Shown: piece by piece, positions 1-10,480 of the stretch
Numbering within the stretch: the first letter of the stretch is position 1
Layout of the letters: each line of letters opens with the position of its first letter
DNA from: Saprospiraceae bacterium
Lineage (GTDB): Bacteria > Bacteroidota > Bacteroidia > Chitinophagales > Saprospiraceae
Direction of reading: 5' to 3'
Assembly (NCBI GenBank): GCA_041392765.1
Contig: JAWKLL010000021.1
Span: forward strand, 4,542 to 68,541
Length of the DNA: 64,000 nucleotides
Program-made: the position numbers and the translations under genes
The notes under the pieces: generated by a model
Told to the model about the DNA's origin: nothing
Seen by the model: only the letters and a program-made list of their open reading frames with translations
The model's database searches: none

Positions 1-120
1 TACGCAACGATCTAACGTTTACGAAGCCTACCAAAGACCTTACGTGTGTACACATCTCGTCAATCTGTTGGTTAACAAAGATGTGTCATTCATATCCCCA
101 TGAAGTCTTGAGTCTGTTGC

Positions 121-162
121 AAAAAGGCAGCGACGAATTTGTTTTTCATCGCTACCTTTTTT
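121..162. terminator. Bidirectional rho-independent terminator-like hairpin
   Basis: An A5 run, then stem ggcagcga (126-133) paired with tcgctacc (149-156, one G-U pair), then a T6 run. It lies directly 3' of the minus-strand gene that ends at 184. Confidence 0.5.
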
Positions 163-183
163 ATCCATCATTCAAGCCATCTT

Positions 184-1161
184 TTACAAGCGCTGTATCG
201 CTCCTGTATATGGTGTTTGTCCCGGCAATGTATAGATAAAGAAATACAAACCGCTACTCCATGCCGTTACATCAATAGTCTGTAACGCTGTATTTGACAC
301 CATGCTTGTATAAACCACGCTCCCAAGGGAATTACGCACGACCAAGTTGCCACCTAAAGCATTTGCTGGAAGTGGTATTGTGCATTGGTTAGTGGCTGGA
401 TTAGGATAGGCTGACAATATTCGCGCTTCTTGGTTTCTATCATCAGTCGGAGTCAAGTCAACGGTGGTGAAGTTATCCATGCAGAAATAGGCAGGTGTAT
501 TCATTCCAAAGGCACCATTATCGGATGAGGTAAGGTAAAAATTTAAGCCATCAAGCCCTGTTCCTAAGGGTGTCAAGTCCACATACGTCCATTCGGAGAG
601 GAGATAATCCTGTGTGTTGTCGGCAAAACGGTAATCAGCTAGATAAATTTCCACCATAGAAGCCGTTTCCACCGCATCCGTGAAACCTTTAATCGTGAGA
701 AGAAAAAAATCTGGATCGTCACCTGTTTCTCCTCCGAATTGCTTAGCAAAAGCATCTCCATTGAGCATCGAGCGGTAAGCGTAGGTACTGTTGGTGACAT
801 AAAACCCCGTTGCTCCTGTCGCGTGATTGGTAAAAAGCAATTGAGAAGAAGGCGAAGCGTATGTGACGGCATAATTTGGCGACCCCTCTACCCCACTACC
901 GACAATGCTGGCATACTGATTAGTAAAACCCGGTGTTTCTGTATCAGTGGCAGCAGAAATTGCCCACCCCGTCCAATAATCAAAAGCGGCATCATAAGTG
1001 TTGGGCAACGAAATATTGCCAGCATCAAAGCTGCCCCAAGGCGCATTATTCAAGTAAATATCGGGCGAAATGATATTGAAATTTTCAAAATCTGCCTGCG
1101 TTTGACTAGCGAGTGAATTGAAGAGATTCACCATCAATAGCAATAGTAACGTGTTTTTCAT
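184..1161 (-). CDS. Secreted DUF4465-like protein with a type A T9SS C-terminal sorting domain
   Basis: Intact 325-aa ORF. Signal peptide MKNTLLLLLMVNLFNSLASQ. The N-terminal pattern ADFENF...YWTGWAIS is typical of DUF4465 proteins found next to btuB genes in Bacteroidota. The C-terminus (YPNPATNQ...GLYFFIYTL) is a Por/T9SS tail. Confidence 0.7.
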   Translation of the reverse strand: MKNTLLLLLMVNLFNSLASQTQADFENFNIISPDIYLNNAPWGSFDAGNISLPNTYDAAFDYWTGWAISAATDTETPGFTNQYASIVGSGVEGSPNYAVTYASPSSQLLFTNHATGATGFYVTNSTYAYRSMLNGDAFAKQFGGETGDDPDFFLLTIKGFTDAVETASMVEIYLADYRFADNTQDYLLSEWTYVDLTPLGTGLDGLNFYLTSSDNGAFGMNTPAYFCMDNFTTVDLTPTDDRNQEARILSAYPNPATNQCTIPLPANALGGNLVVRNSLGSVVYTSMVSNTALQTIDVTAWSSGLYFFIYTLPGQTPYTGAIQRL

Positions 1162-1168
1162 ATTGATT

Positions 1169-3052
1169 TTATTGTTGAGGAAATTTTATCTGAGTAAAAT
1201 AAAAAAATAAATTAATTTGATAGCTTCTACCGGGCATGGGGCGACGCTCCACCACGCGGTAAGAAGTATTCCAAATATTGTCGGCGGTAGCTTGCAGTGT
1301 TAAGGAGTGTTGCCTCAGCGGAATAGACCAAGCCAAAGCCAAGGTAGCTAGTTGCCAGTCCGCTAAAGATTCATTGATGCCTTCCACGGCTCCGCTATAT
1401 CGGTGAGTGTAGCGACATTGCCACTGTTTTCGACGATAAGCGACACTAGCATTAGCCAACCATTCGGGCGTGTACAACAACTGCGCACCTTTGGGAAAAT
1501 ATGGCCGCCGTATTTCCTGTTGATAGGTAGCTATGGTATGGTTTGCCATCATCGAAGCAGACACCACCGCCTTCGAAACCTGCCAATTCCATTTCACCTG
1601 AAGCGTGGCTCCCCTGCTCCGCACCTGACCCACGTTGGTGGCGGAAAAGAAATTCTGCCCTTCTAATTGCGCCCACTGAATCCAATGATTAGTTTGGCGA
1701 TTGAATACAGCGATATTCCAGTGCCAATTCATACGCTTGTAAGCAGTTTGGCGAGAGATACCAGCTTGCTGCGACCAAGCTGTTTCTGGCCTCAAATCCG
1801 GATTGCCACCCGGTATCCAGTAGAGGTCGTTTAGGCCGGGGATTCTGAAATCATGACCAGCACGCAAGGTTATGTGCCAACTACCCGCCATTTTAGTGAA
1901 CTGCCAATGAAATGCGGGAATCCATCCCGTCCCTACTAAATGGGTAACTCTGGCTCCCAACACCATATCACCTATACGCATCCGGCGGGTATAGTCCGAA
2001 AATATGCCAGCTTGCCACTGCACTTGAGGAGCGGAATAGTTCGTAGTTTCAGCCGTAGCGCGAGTCACCTGCCCTCCTGTCATCCAACTCCATTTAGACG
2101 TAACACGCCGACGTATCGCTTGCCCGAACAACTGACTAAAGCGGCTCGGTGCATCAATTCCTGCCAAAGAATCGGCGTAGTGTATTTGGTCTTGAATGTG
2201 TGCTAAACGGGTATCCCAAACAGCCTTGTTACCTGTTTTACGCCAGTGTAAGACGTGGCGAAAACCCTTGTCGTTCTGCTCCGCTACACTCCGCTGTTGG
2301 GTGGTGAGCGGTGGAATTTGCCGGTTGGCCCATTGCTGCCAGCCATGAAAGGATAAACGATGAATACCTTTTTGTGAAAAATAAGATTGCCGTATAGATG
2401 TGAGTTGTATAGCAGCATTCGATTGCTGGCGCTCTGGCAGGTCTTCTCGAATACGATAAGGGAAGTCGTTGTCGGCTGCAAGGTGCTGCATGCTCAGGCT
2501 CGCGCCGTGTTGTTCGTTAGCCCAAGATGCCTCGGCTTGCTGCTGCTGATGCCCAAAAGAGCCGACAGATGTTCCCAATCGAGTATGCCACCCAACTTCT
2601 GGCGGATCACTGTCTAAACTGATACTACCCGAAACCGCTCCACTACCATGTGTAACGCTATTGCCTACCTGTTCAAGTGCCAGCGTGGATGCTCCGTGCA
2701 AAGGAAGCAGTGCCAAATCAGTAAGCCCCAACATAGCGTTCTGGATTGGTATGCCATTCCACAAGACAGCCGTCTGGGATGCACTTCCCCCATTTATCGA
2801 AGGGGTGGCCAAGGTACCAGGGCCATACTGCTTGATGTAAACACCACCACGCTCAGCCAATAGCGCACCTACATTCAAAGGCACAGGCGACAAGTTGTCT
2901 TTCAGCGGCCATGTTGTTTCAAAAGGCGACGGCGTAGCGTGTGTTGTGTCTATCACAACGACGGTTTCTAACCGTAGCATAGCAAGACTGTCCTGTTGCA
3001 GATATGCAACAAGCGGCCTAAAAAACAAGCAAATTAGTGTTAATATTCGCAA
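1169..3052 (-). CDS. btuB: TonB-dependent receptor, BtuB-like (cobalamin-riboswitch controlled)
   Basis: Intact 627-aa ORF. Plug-domain motifs are present (GGVYIKQYGPG..ATPSINGGSASQTAVLWNGIPI). The C-terminus has a beta-barrel character and ends in an aromatic-rich segment. A B12 riboswitch lies about 175 nt upstream. Confidence 0.85.
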   Translation of the reverse strand: MRILTLICLFFRPLVAYLQQDSLAMLRLETVVVIDTTHATPSPFETTWPLKDNLSPVPLNVGALLAERGGVYIKQYGPGTLATPSINGGSASQTAVLWNGIPIQNAMLGLTDLALLPLHGASTLALEQVGNSVTHGSGAVSGSISLDSDPPEVGWHTRLGTSVGSFGHQQQQAEASWANEQHGASLSMQHLAADNDFPYRIREDLPERQQSNAAIQLTSIRQSYFSQKGIHRLSFHGWQQWANRQIPPLTTQQRSVAEQNDKGFRHVLHWRKTGNKAVWDTRLAHIQDQIHYADSLAGIDAPSRFSQLFGQAIRRRVTSKWSWMTGGQVTRATAETTNYSAPQVQWQAGIFSDYTRRMRIGDMVLGARVTHLVGTGWIPAFHWQFTKMAGSWHITLRAGHDFRIPGLNDLYWIPGGNPDLRPETAWSQQAGISRQTAYKRMNWHWNIAVFNRQTNHWIQWAQLEGQNFFSATNVGQVRSRGATLQVKWNWQVSKAVVSASMMANHTIATYQQEIRRPYFPKGAQLLYTPEWLANASVAYRRKQWQCRYTHRYSGAVEGINESLADWQLATLALAWSIPLRQHSLTLQATADNIWNTSYRVVERRPMPGRSYQINLFFYFTQIKFPQQ

Positions 3053-3224
3053 TAAATGGACATTTCAACAGCAGTGTTGGGCAAAATGTCCACAGCTCCT
3101 TTACTCTAACGGCACGGAACAATAAGAATGCTTTCTAGGAAGAAAGCAAAACAGTGGGACATTTCACGACTTTTCCGCCGAAAGAGTGAAACAAACAACT
3201 TCTAGCTATTAGGTTACAACTATT

Positions 3225-3385
3225 AGAAGTGTGCCAAAGGCAGATATTCTGGCTTACTCAGGAGTGTGTTGTCATCGCCTTCCCATCGATAAGATAGTGG
3301 CTTTTGATGACATACTGAGTTTACAACAGCGGGGACTGCTCGGTTTTACACCGGATTCCCTTTTAAAGAAATAATGGAACATTGC
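3225..3385 (-). promoter_or_regulatory. Cobalamin (B12) riboswitch
   Basis: The minus strand reads AAAAGGGAATCCGGTGTAAAACCGAGCAGTCCCCGCTGTTGTAA ... GCCACTATCTTATCGATGGGAAGGC ... GTAAGCCAGAATATCTGCC. These match the conserved core, the GCCACT/GGGAAGGC pairing and the B12 box of the cobalamin riboswitch family. It lies 5' of the TBDR gene. Confidence 0.85.
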
Positions 3386-3458
3386 TTATTTGAAAGGCTT
3401 CTCTGGTGGAGTGGGATTCTTTCAATCTCAATTTCCCAAAATTTCTACCTTATAGCAA

Positions 3459-3603
3459 AGTAATTTGACGGAAATAACCAGTCCCATTTTTTCTGAAGGC
3501 TTGTCTTTATGCACACGCTTTGTGCAAGTATTCCTACGCTTAGTGCATAAAGACAAGCCAAAAATGGGATCACTTATTTTTTTCCCGTCCCTTAGCAAAG
3601 GTA
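3459..3603. repeat. Palindromic interspersed repeat, family D (copy D1)
   Basis: Termini are gtaatttgacggaaataa ... ttatttttttcccgtccctta. The interior forms a long perfect hairpin (cccattttttctgaaggcttgtctttatgcac / gtgcataaagacaagcc..aaaaatggg). It abuts the tamB-like stop codon at 3605. Confidence 0.7.
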
Positions 3604-3604
3604 C

Positions 3605-6600
3605 TCAGTTCTTTTTAAGACTATCCCAAAATTCGTGAAAAGAATTGTACTCCTTCCGCCAATTGAGACCTGTACCCACTTGGCGACGACGCCCCCCACC
3701 TAAGTCTTGATCGAGGCGTTCGTAGAAACGTATTTTGATATCGCGGTTAGGGCTGATGGCGTATTCCACAATGATTTCTTCCCCGAAGAAGGTGCCGCTT
3801 TGGGTGGCTTCTCCAAAAGCAAAATTGCCGCCAAGGTCAACCGATAGGCGTTCATTGAGAAAACCAGATTTGAGGGAAATTTCCAAAGCATCTCCTTGTG
3901 TGAGGGGGTCTTGGCTTGTGACATCAGCGGTATTGATACGGTTGTAAACCACTTCAAAATTAAGGCTGGAAAGCGTTTTACCATCTCCTATCAGTTCACC
4001 TAGCAATTCTGTTACCAAGAGGCTTAACTGATTGCTAAAATACTCGCTCAATGTATTGGTAATGGCTCCATTTCCGCTAAAAGACAGATCCGCTGGCAGG
4101 AACTGCCCCAGCACAATTAAACCAAAAACCTGTCGGTTCATTTCATTGGGGTCACGCCGTAACAATTGCAGTTTATTATCTGCTAGATTCTGCAACTGCC
4201 CCCTCAGATTAGGGAAAGCTAGATCAAAGGTGATATCAGGTTTGAATAAATCCCCCTGTAGTTCTAGAATTAAGTCCACATCCGTAGGTTGTTGGGCCAA
4301 ATTGCGCTCCGCATCCGATGCCGTCAGCAGATATTCTGGCATAAAGGAAGTCAGTGGTGTGCGCAAGTCCTTGTATTCCGCATCAATATCTATGATAGCA
4401 CGCAACGGATCTCCCGACCATGTGATAGTTCCTCCGGGGCGAATGACAAAGTCTTTATTAAAAATATCCTTGAGTGTGAATAAATAATTCCCCTGCGTAA
4501 CCGCCACACTGCCATACATTTGGAACGATTCAGCGCGAGGCATCAAAATGCGCAAATCTCCCCTACCCTGCCCACGAAGGATATCGCCTGCCTTTTCATC
4601 AAAAATCAGCTCTAGGTCAGCTACTTCAGTTACATGGATGTCCATTTCTAAATTTAACCCTAATACTTTCGTATTCACGCTGCTATTAGTCTTCTGGCTT
4701 TGTTGGTGCTTATTGACAAACCGAACAAAATCTAAATCTCGGGTTTCCACCTGATCCGTCACGGGAATTACAATAAACGTACTATCCTGTACCGTAGCGT
4801 TTACATATATATTGGGGCGCTGAAAATCGCCTGTAAAAAGTACCTCGCCCTCGCCTAGAGCACGCCCATAAAAGAGTTCGTTATCGCCCGGTTTTAGATC
4901 CATCCCCAAAAAACGGCGGGTACGCAAACGGGCATTCATACCCAAGTTTTTAATCCGATTATGGGTAATACCGCCCTCCATGATAGCTGTATTCCCATAC
5001 TTATCATAGAGAACAGTACCTGTCAGGTCAAAAAAGTCTTTGCTGGCCTGAAGGGTGCAATTATCAAAGGTATAATGCGTTTGTAGCGGGTCAATCGTAA
5101 AACCGCCATTTCGAAGATCTAAATACCCCCCAATATCCAAATTAGATGTAAGCCCGTTTATCGACAAATCAGCATCGAATCGGCCTGTTGTGGAAGAAAG
5201 ACCAGATTGCAGCCAATACGTGATGATATCAATAGGAAAACTGCTGACTTTAATACCTAAACCGAGGTAATCCTTGGTTTTTTCTATAGGTCTTCTATTG
5301 CGAAGGAAACCCTTAGTGCCAATATCTGCGAGATTATAAACAGCTTCTGCTTCTAATTGCATGGAGTCCTTACCAATTCGTAAAATAGCATTGGCATCCG
5401 TGGCAAGATCGGGCAAATAGGCATCTAATCGAAAAATACCAAAGGGATCTTTATTGATAAAAAACTCCTCGGCATTGATGTTCATATTGATGCCTTTCAT
5501 AGCAAAAACATCATCGATCTGGAGCAGCATATCAAAGTTGCCTGAGAAATTTAGTTGCGCATAATCCCAAACTTCATCGATAATGCCAAAATCAAAATTC
5601 ACAAACTGTAGGCGCAGTCCACGTGATCCGTTGTTCAACAACTGAATACCGTATTGCCGGTTCGTGAGGTAGAAATTGTCGATCTCCAAAGCACCCGGAT
5701 GAATCTTGATTTGGTTGTCTTGATTGATACTCCAAGGTAAATTTGCTAAATTTAGATTAGAATTTTTAAACCGAAGGTTGTACCCAGTTGAATCAATCAT
5801 AGCTAATGACCCACCGAGGTTCAACTTATCAAATACGCCTGGCGAATCCGTACTGATATTCATCCCAAATCGCATACTGTCACTCGCTAGGGTGCTAAGA
5901 AACGTAAAACGATCTAAACGCTTTTTGCCGTTCAGGTAGGTGGAATTGATAACAAAATCTAAGTCTCCCTCTGATTTCTCTAAATCGAGTATAAAATAAA
6001 CATCCTCAAGCTGCACTTTGCCATAAGTAAAAGAAGGAGTCTCTAAGATAATCTGTAATGAATCATACGTACCATTGTAACGCCCCATCAAATCAAAGTC
6101 TTTGAGGTGCTGCAACTTTGGGTCGATGAGGTAGTTGATACCTTTGGAATCGGCAATGTGGAAATCAAAATAGAAATGGTTGATATTAGGTTCTTTTTTG
6201 GCTGGTTTGATTTTGAGTCGTCGGGCCAACTCGGGGTAATTTTTCAAGGCAAACTGCTTGAACGTCGCTGGCAGTTCGTTGATGTCAAATGCACCTCTTA
6301 TTTCGCCTTTGGCTATCTCGGAATCCAACCGAAAGACCTTCTCACCCGTAATATCGTAGAATGAAAAAGCCTTAATATTGCCTACATCAAAACATTCATC
6401 CTTATCTTTTGTCAATTGGAGGTCTTTAATGGAGACATCCCCTTGCATATCGGCAAAACGAATACTAGAAAGATTGAGGTCTATCTTGCCAGAAAGTGCC
6501 ATATCCTGCTTTGATAAGTTGAGCGGTAGCATATCCAATTTGCGAATGTCCGCTTCAAAGTCGAAAAGAGGAACGGTGTCTCGGAAATCAACTTCTCCTT

Positions 6601-8442
6601 TGAAAGTAAAGTCAATGTTGTCGTCATGTATCACGAAATCTCCACCAAAAAAGCTTTTGTTCAATTGCCCCGTAACTACTGCATTTCGATAAGTGTAATC
6701 CCTAAAGGTGAAACGCTCCACATCAGCCGTCAAATCAGCAGAAGCTAGATCAGCGGTAAGTCCAAAACCATTTTTCACACTTGACGAACAATCGACTTTT
6801 CCAAAATCAGGGTTTCCTGTCCATTTCCCAATATCAAAATCCCTAAGTGCCAAATTTCCTGCATATTTAGCTCTTTCCGCTCCTTGCTTCAGTACCATTT
6901 GCATATCCATATTGGCCTGCCCGAGATCTGTAACCAAAGTACCATCGGCCACAAAATCTACGAAAAAGCCAATAAAACTACCACGGAAATCAATCCGTCC
7001 CAATTTGTCAAAGTTTTTAGGAGGATTAAACCTAGGGATTAACTGCCGTAAAGTGCCCATACGTGTAGAGAGACGACGCAAATCTAGCATTAGGAATTCC
7101 TCCTGTTTTACGGCTAAATTTTGGCTGGTGAATTTACCTTCTAAGCGGGTACCATCGGCCAATTGTATATTGAGATCGTCGCCACGCAGGTTGTTTATAT
7201 TGCCTTTTACACGTCCATCAATTTGCAAATTGGTAAGCCTATTATCAGCAAAAAAGCGGTTATTGTTTAAATTAGGAACAAAGGCAATAATGTCTTGTAA
7301 TGTAACATCCGCATCGTGAAAACGAACATCCATCTTCACCTTGTCGGTAAAATAAGCCCAATCCTCAAAGCTTTTATAACGAAAGACCAATGTATCTCCC
7401 AAGCTACTCGTTGGCGTAATAATAGATAATCCATTGAACATCAATTTTTTATCAGACACTTCTGCCTCGTTGGCCGATAAACGCTTCAAATGAAAACCAC
7501 TGGCATCTTTAGCCGCAATCCAGTTCACTCGTCCCGACCAAACTTTTTCTGCTAAGCTCAAACTGTCAATTTCTACTTGAATCTCCGACAAATCGAGGTG
7601 TTTGAGGTCTAGTTGGTCATCTGGCCATACTCGCTCAGGCGATTTCCTGAAATTGTCGAGTTGAAAACGCCCATCTGTAAGGAGAATCTCTCCAATAGCT
7701 AATGAAAAGGTAGTCGTATCAGTAGCCGTTTTTTCAATCACAGGCAATAAACCCGTGCCTATCCAATTGTTAATAGCAACGACTGGTTCTCGAAAATTAA
7801 CCGCCCTTATATTTAGCTTTTTTTGAGGTAAATCCATCTCATTTACATACACCTGACCAAAGGGTATCCAAGCATCCAAGCTACTCCCCTTTAAACTATC
7901 AGACTGAGTAAAATGCACATTTTCCAAAATTAATTCGCGCAAATTGAAAGGAATGGGTTTGTTTTGCCCTTCTTTTTTGGAAAAAGCCTTGCAATAGCAT
8001 AAGCAATGTTCGATAAACTATCGGTAGGTGCTCTTCTAATATGAACTTGCGTTCCATTGAGCGTCAGTGCCTCAACTTCTATCCCTCGCTGGTAGATAGC
8101 CCAAGGAGACAGATTGAAATCCGCAATGATATTACCGCTGGCAATCATTGTATCGCCACGCGTATCCTCTACATAAAGACCTACCAAATTTAATTCATCC
8201 AACCAACTGACTCTCAAGCGCTTCAATGTAACTTTGCTTCCTAAAGCATCTTGTAATAGGACGACAGCGCGTTGTGCCAATTCTTGCTGTACGGGCGGCA
8301 ATTGTAGCACTAAAAACATCAACAACAATACATAACCACTCCAGCGCAGTATTCGCCACAACCAACGCCAATACCTTCTCCTCTTCCGAGGGGACAAGCC
8401 TTCTGGTGGCACAGGTGGAGTAGTTAATTCGTTCATCGACAA
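3605..8442 (-). pseudogene. tamB: TamB-like translocation/assembly module protein (AsmA-like, about 1610 aa) with one frameshift
   Basis: The 170-aa N-terminal ORF (7930-8442) has a TM anchor (WSGYVLLLMFLVLQL). The 1445-aa ORF (3605-7942) continues the same protein. The frames rejoin in the T6 run at 7973-7978 (..FPKKEGQNKPIPFNLRELILENVHF). The C-terminus resembles the TamB/DUF490 region. Confidence 0.75.
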
Positions 8443-8462
8443 TTTGAATGTGCAAATATAGC

Positions 8463-8470
8463 AAGATTAA
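8463..8470 (-). promoter_or_regulatory. Bacteroidota sigma-A -7 box (TAnnTTTG) for the tamB-like gene
   Basis: The minus strand reads TATATTTG, ending 20 nt upstream of the ATG at 8442. Confidence 0.5.
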
Positions 8471-8490
8471 CTATCTGAAAACTTGCATTT

Positions 8491-8652
8491 GAGGTTATGT
8501 AGGAGAATTTTTATACGCTTCTAATATCTTTTATACCATGCTCCGTCAAAGATTTTTTTACTTAGCCACGCGGCTAAGCAAAAGAACCATTCCATTGCCT
8601 AACATAAAAAATCTTATTTAAATCCCTCTACAAATACCCCGTACATAACCTC
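8491..8652. repeat. Interspersed repeat, family A (copy A1, long form)
   Basis: Terminal inverted repeats are gaggttatgtaggagaatttt / aaataccccgtacataacctc, with an internal hairpin cttagccacgcggctaag. It is homologous along its whole length to 59660-59818. The termini alone recur at 29315-29368. Confidence 0.8.
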
Positions 8653-8867
8653 ATTTTTTTGCCGTAAATTATACGTATGGCATCCTATTAAGTTTTATTT
8701 AGCATTCGGCATGAATTTATCCTTTTCTTTATTATCAACTACCTTTTTCGAAGGATGTCATACCACATAAACAATCTAATATCCGCAAGTATTAATAATA
8801 AAATTTTTAATTACCTTTACCTCTTAACCACACTACTTTGTTTACCTTTTATACCAAACTCCAAATT

Positions 8868-10400
8868 ATGATTCGCAATTATCTATCTTTATCACTTATT
8901 GCATTATTGGCACTTACATGTTCCCGACAATCGTTAGAAGAAGCCAGCGTTCCGAATCCACTTCCGGAACGAATGAGCAAAGAAGCCATTAATGATTTTG
9001 TCATGGGAAAACTCCAACAGGAAGGTCTTTTCAAATGGGATATGGCTAATGCTGAGTTGGTCTGGAGTGCTATGTCGCATAGCGGCGAGCAGGCCGTTAT
9101 TGGCTACCAACCCGTTGGCTTTACCAACATCAAAGAGAAAATGCACGAAATCGATATTACCCAATCCGAATGGCGGCAAGTTCGTGCAGATATTGTTGAC
9201 TTCGTAACGACTGAAACGCAGCAATACTTCCCTGAAGAAAACATCACTGCCGACAAGCTTTTGATGGGCTATCCGTTAGAAACAACGCTTCCAACTTTCA
9301 ATATCCTTATCAAGCATCCAGCTATTGTGGAAGCACTCAGGAATAGGATGGACGTTCGCTACGTAGAACCCAGCAACTACAGCATGGAAGAAGTTGCCAA
9401 TTATAGTGATTCCGGATGTGGTGTTACGCCAGCTTCCAATATTCCTAGCGCCGATTATACCACAACCAGCCCGAGTGCTAAAATTCCTTGGAACTTCCAT
9501 TTGGTAAACATCCCAACTGCGTGGAACACTAGCCAAGGCGACAATATTGGAGTTGCTTTGATAGACACGGGTACTTCACCCAACCAACCTAAGGTAGGTA
9601 GTGCTTACGCTTCGGGGCAATCAACAGGTCGTTACATACAGCGTTATGGCACCTACGTGAGTTCCTGGTGGTGGTGGGCTTCACCCGACGGCCCCAATGA
9701 TGACTGCGGACATGGTACGCAAATGGCTGGTTTGATTGCCGCTCCCAAGGCTTCCGGTGGTTCATCTGTGGGAGCAGCCTGGAAAGCAGACCTAATTGCT
9801 TACCGCGCTACTGGCGATGTTGTCATCAATAGCTCTAGCGAGAAAAATGGCGTAAGAGATGCCCTTGTAGCCGTTGCCAATCGCTCAGATATCAAAATCA
9901 TTAGCATGTCAATCGGAGATGTCTTTTGGAGCAGCACCGTAGCCGATGGCATTTACTATGCCTATAACCGTGGAAAACTTATGTTTGCCGCAGCCGGCAC
10001 TTCTCTTAGTTGGACAAGCTGGTGGGGTGTGATTTTCCCCGCCAACATGGCTGAAACCGTAGCCGTTACGGGGGTTAAAGAAGGTTACCCTCTCGAACGT
10101 TGTAATACCTGCCACGATGGTTCTGAGGTAGATTTCATTGTCCCTATGCAGCGCCGCAACGATAACAGCCGCACTTCATTGACGTTAGCCATGAGTGGTA
10201 ATGTGCCTGCTTATGTAGGAGGCTCAAGCGCTGCAACTGCTACTACTGCAGGAATTGCTGCTTTGGTTTGGGCTACTAACCCATCCCAAAATCGCACACA
10301 AGTCCTCAATCGGATGAAAAATGCCGCATCCATCTACCCATCACGAGATGGCAACTTTGGATGGGGTATGGTAGATGCCGCTTACGCAGTTACCCATTAA
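8868..10400 (+). CDS. Subtilisin-family (S8) serine protease, lipoprotein
   Basis: Intact ORF. The ATG at 8868 gives the signal/lipobox MIRNYLSLSLIALLALTCS. Catalytic motifs are LIDTGTS (Asp), CGHGTQMAG (His) and GGSSAATATTAGIAAL (Ser). Confidence 0.85.
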   Translation: MIRNYLSLSLIALLALTCSRQSLEEASVPNPLPERMSKEAINDFVMGKLQQEGLFKWDMANAELVWSAMSHSGEQAVIGYQPVGFTNIKEKMHEIDITQSEWRQVRADIVDFVTTETQQYFPEENITADKLLMGYPLETTLPTFNILIKHPAIVEALRNRMDVRYVEPSNYSMEEVANYSDSGCGVTPASNIPSADYTTTSPSAKIPWNFHLVNIPTAWNTSQGDNIGVALIDTGTSPNQPKVGSAYASGQSTGRYIQRYGTYVSSWWWWASPDGPNDDCGHGTQMAGLIAAPKASGGSSVGAAWKADLIAYRATGDVVINSSSEKNGVRDALVAVANRSDIKIISMSIGDVFWSSTVADGIYYAYNRGKLMFAAAGTSLSWTSWWGVIFPANMAETVAVTGVKEGYPLERCNTCHDGSEVDFIVPMQRRNDNSRTSLTLAMSGNVPAYVGGSSAATATTAGIAALVWATNPSQNRTQVLNRMKNAASIYPSRDGNFGWGMVDAAYAVTH

Positions 10401-10426
10401 TTTCGGGAGGAAATATTGATAACAAA

Positions 10427-10462
10427 AGCCCCGACACGAGCAGATTGTGTCGGGGCTTTTTC
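10427..10462. terminator. Bidirectional rho-independent terminator
   Basis: agccccgacac (10427-10437) pairs with gtgtcggggct (10447-10457), followed by TTTTT. It lies between the convergent S8 protease and pruA genes. Confidence 0.8.
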
Positions 10463-10480
10463 TTTATAACGCAGCCTAAA

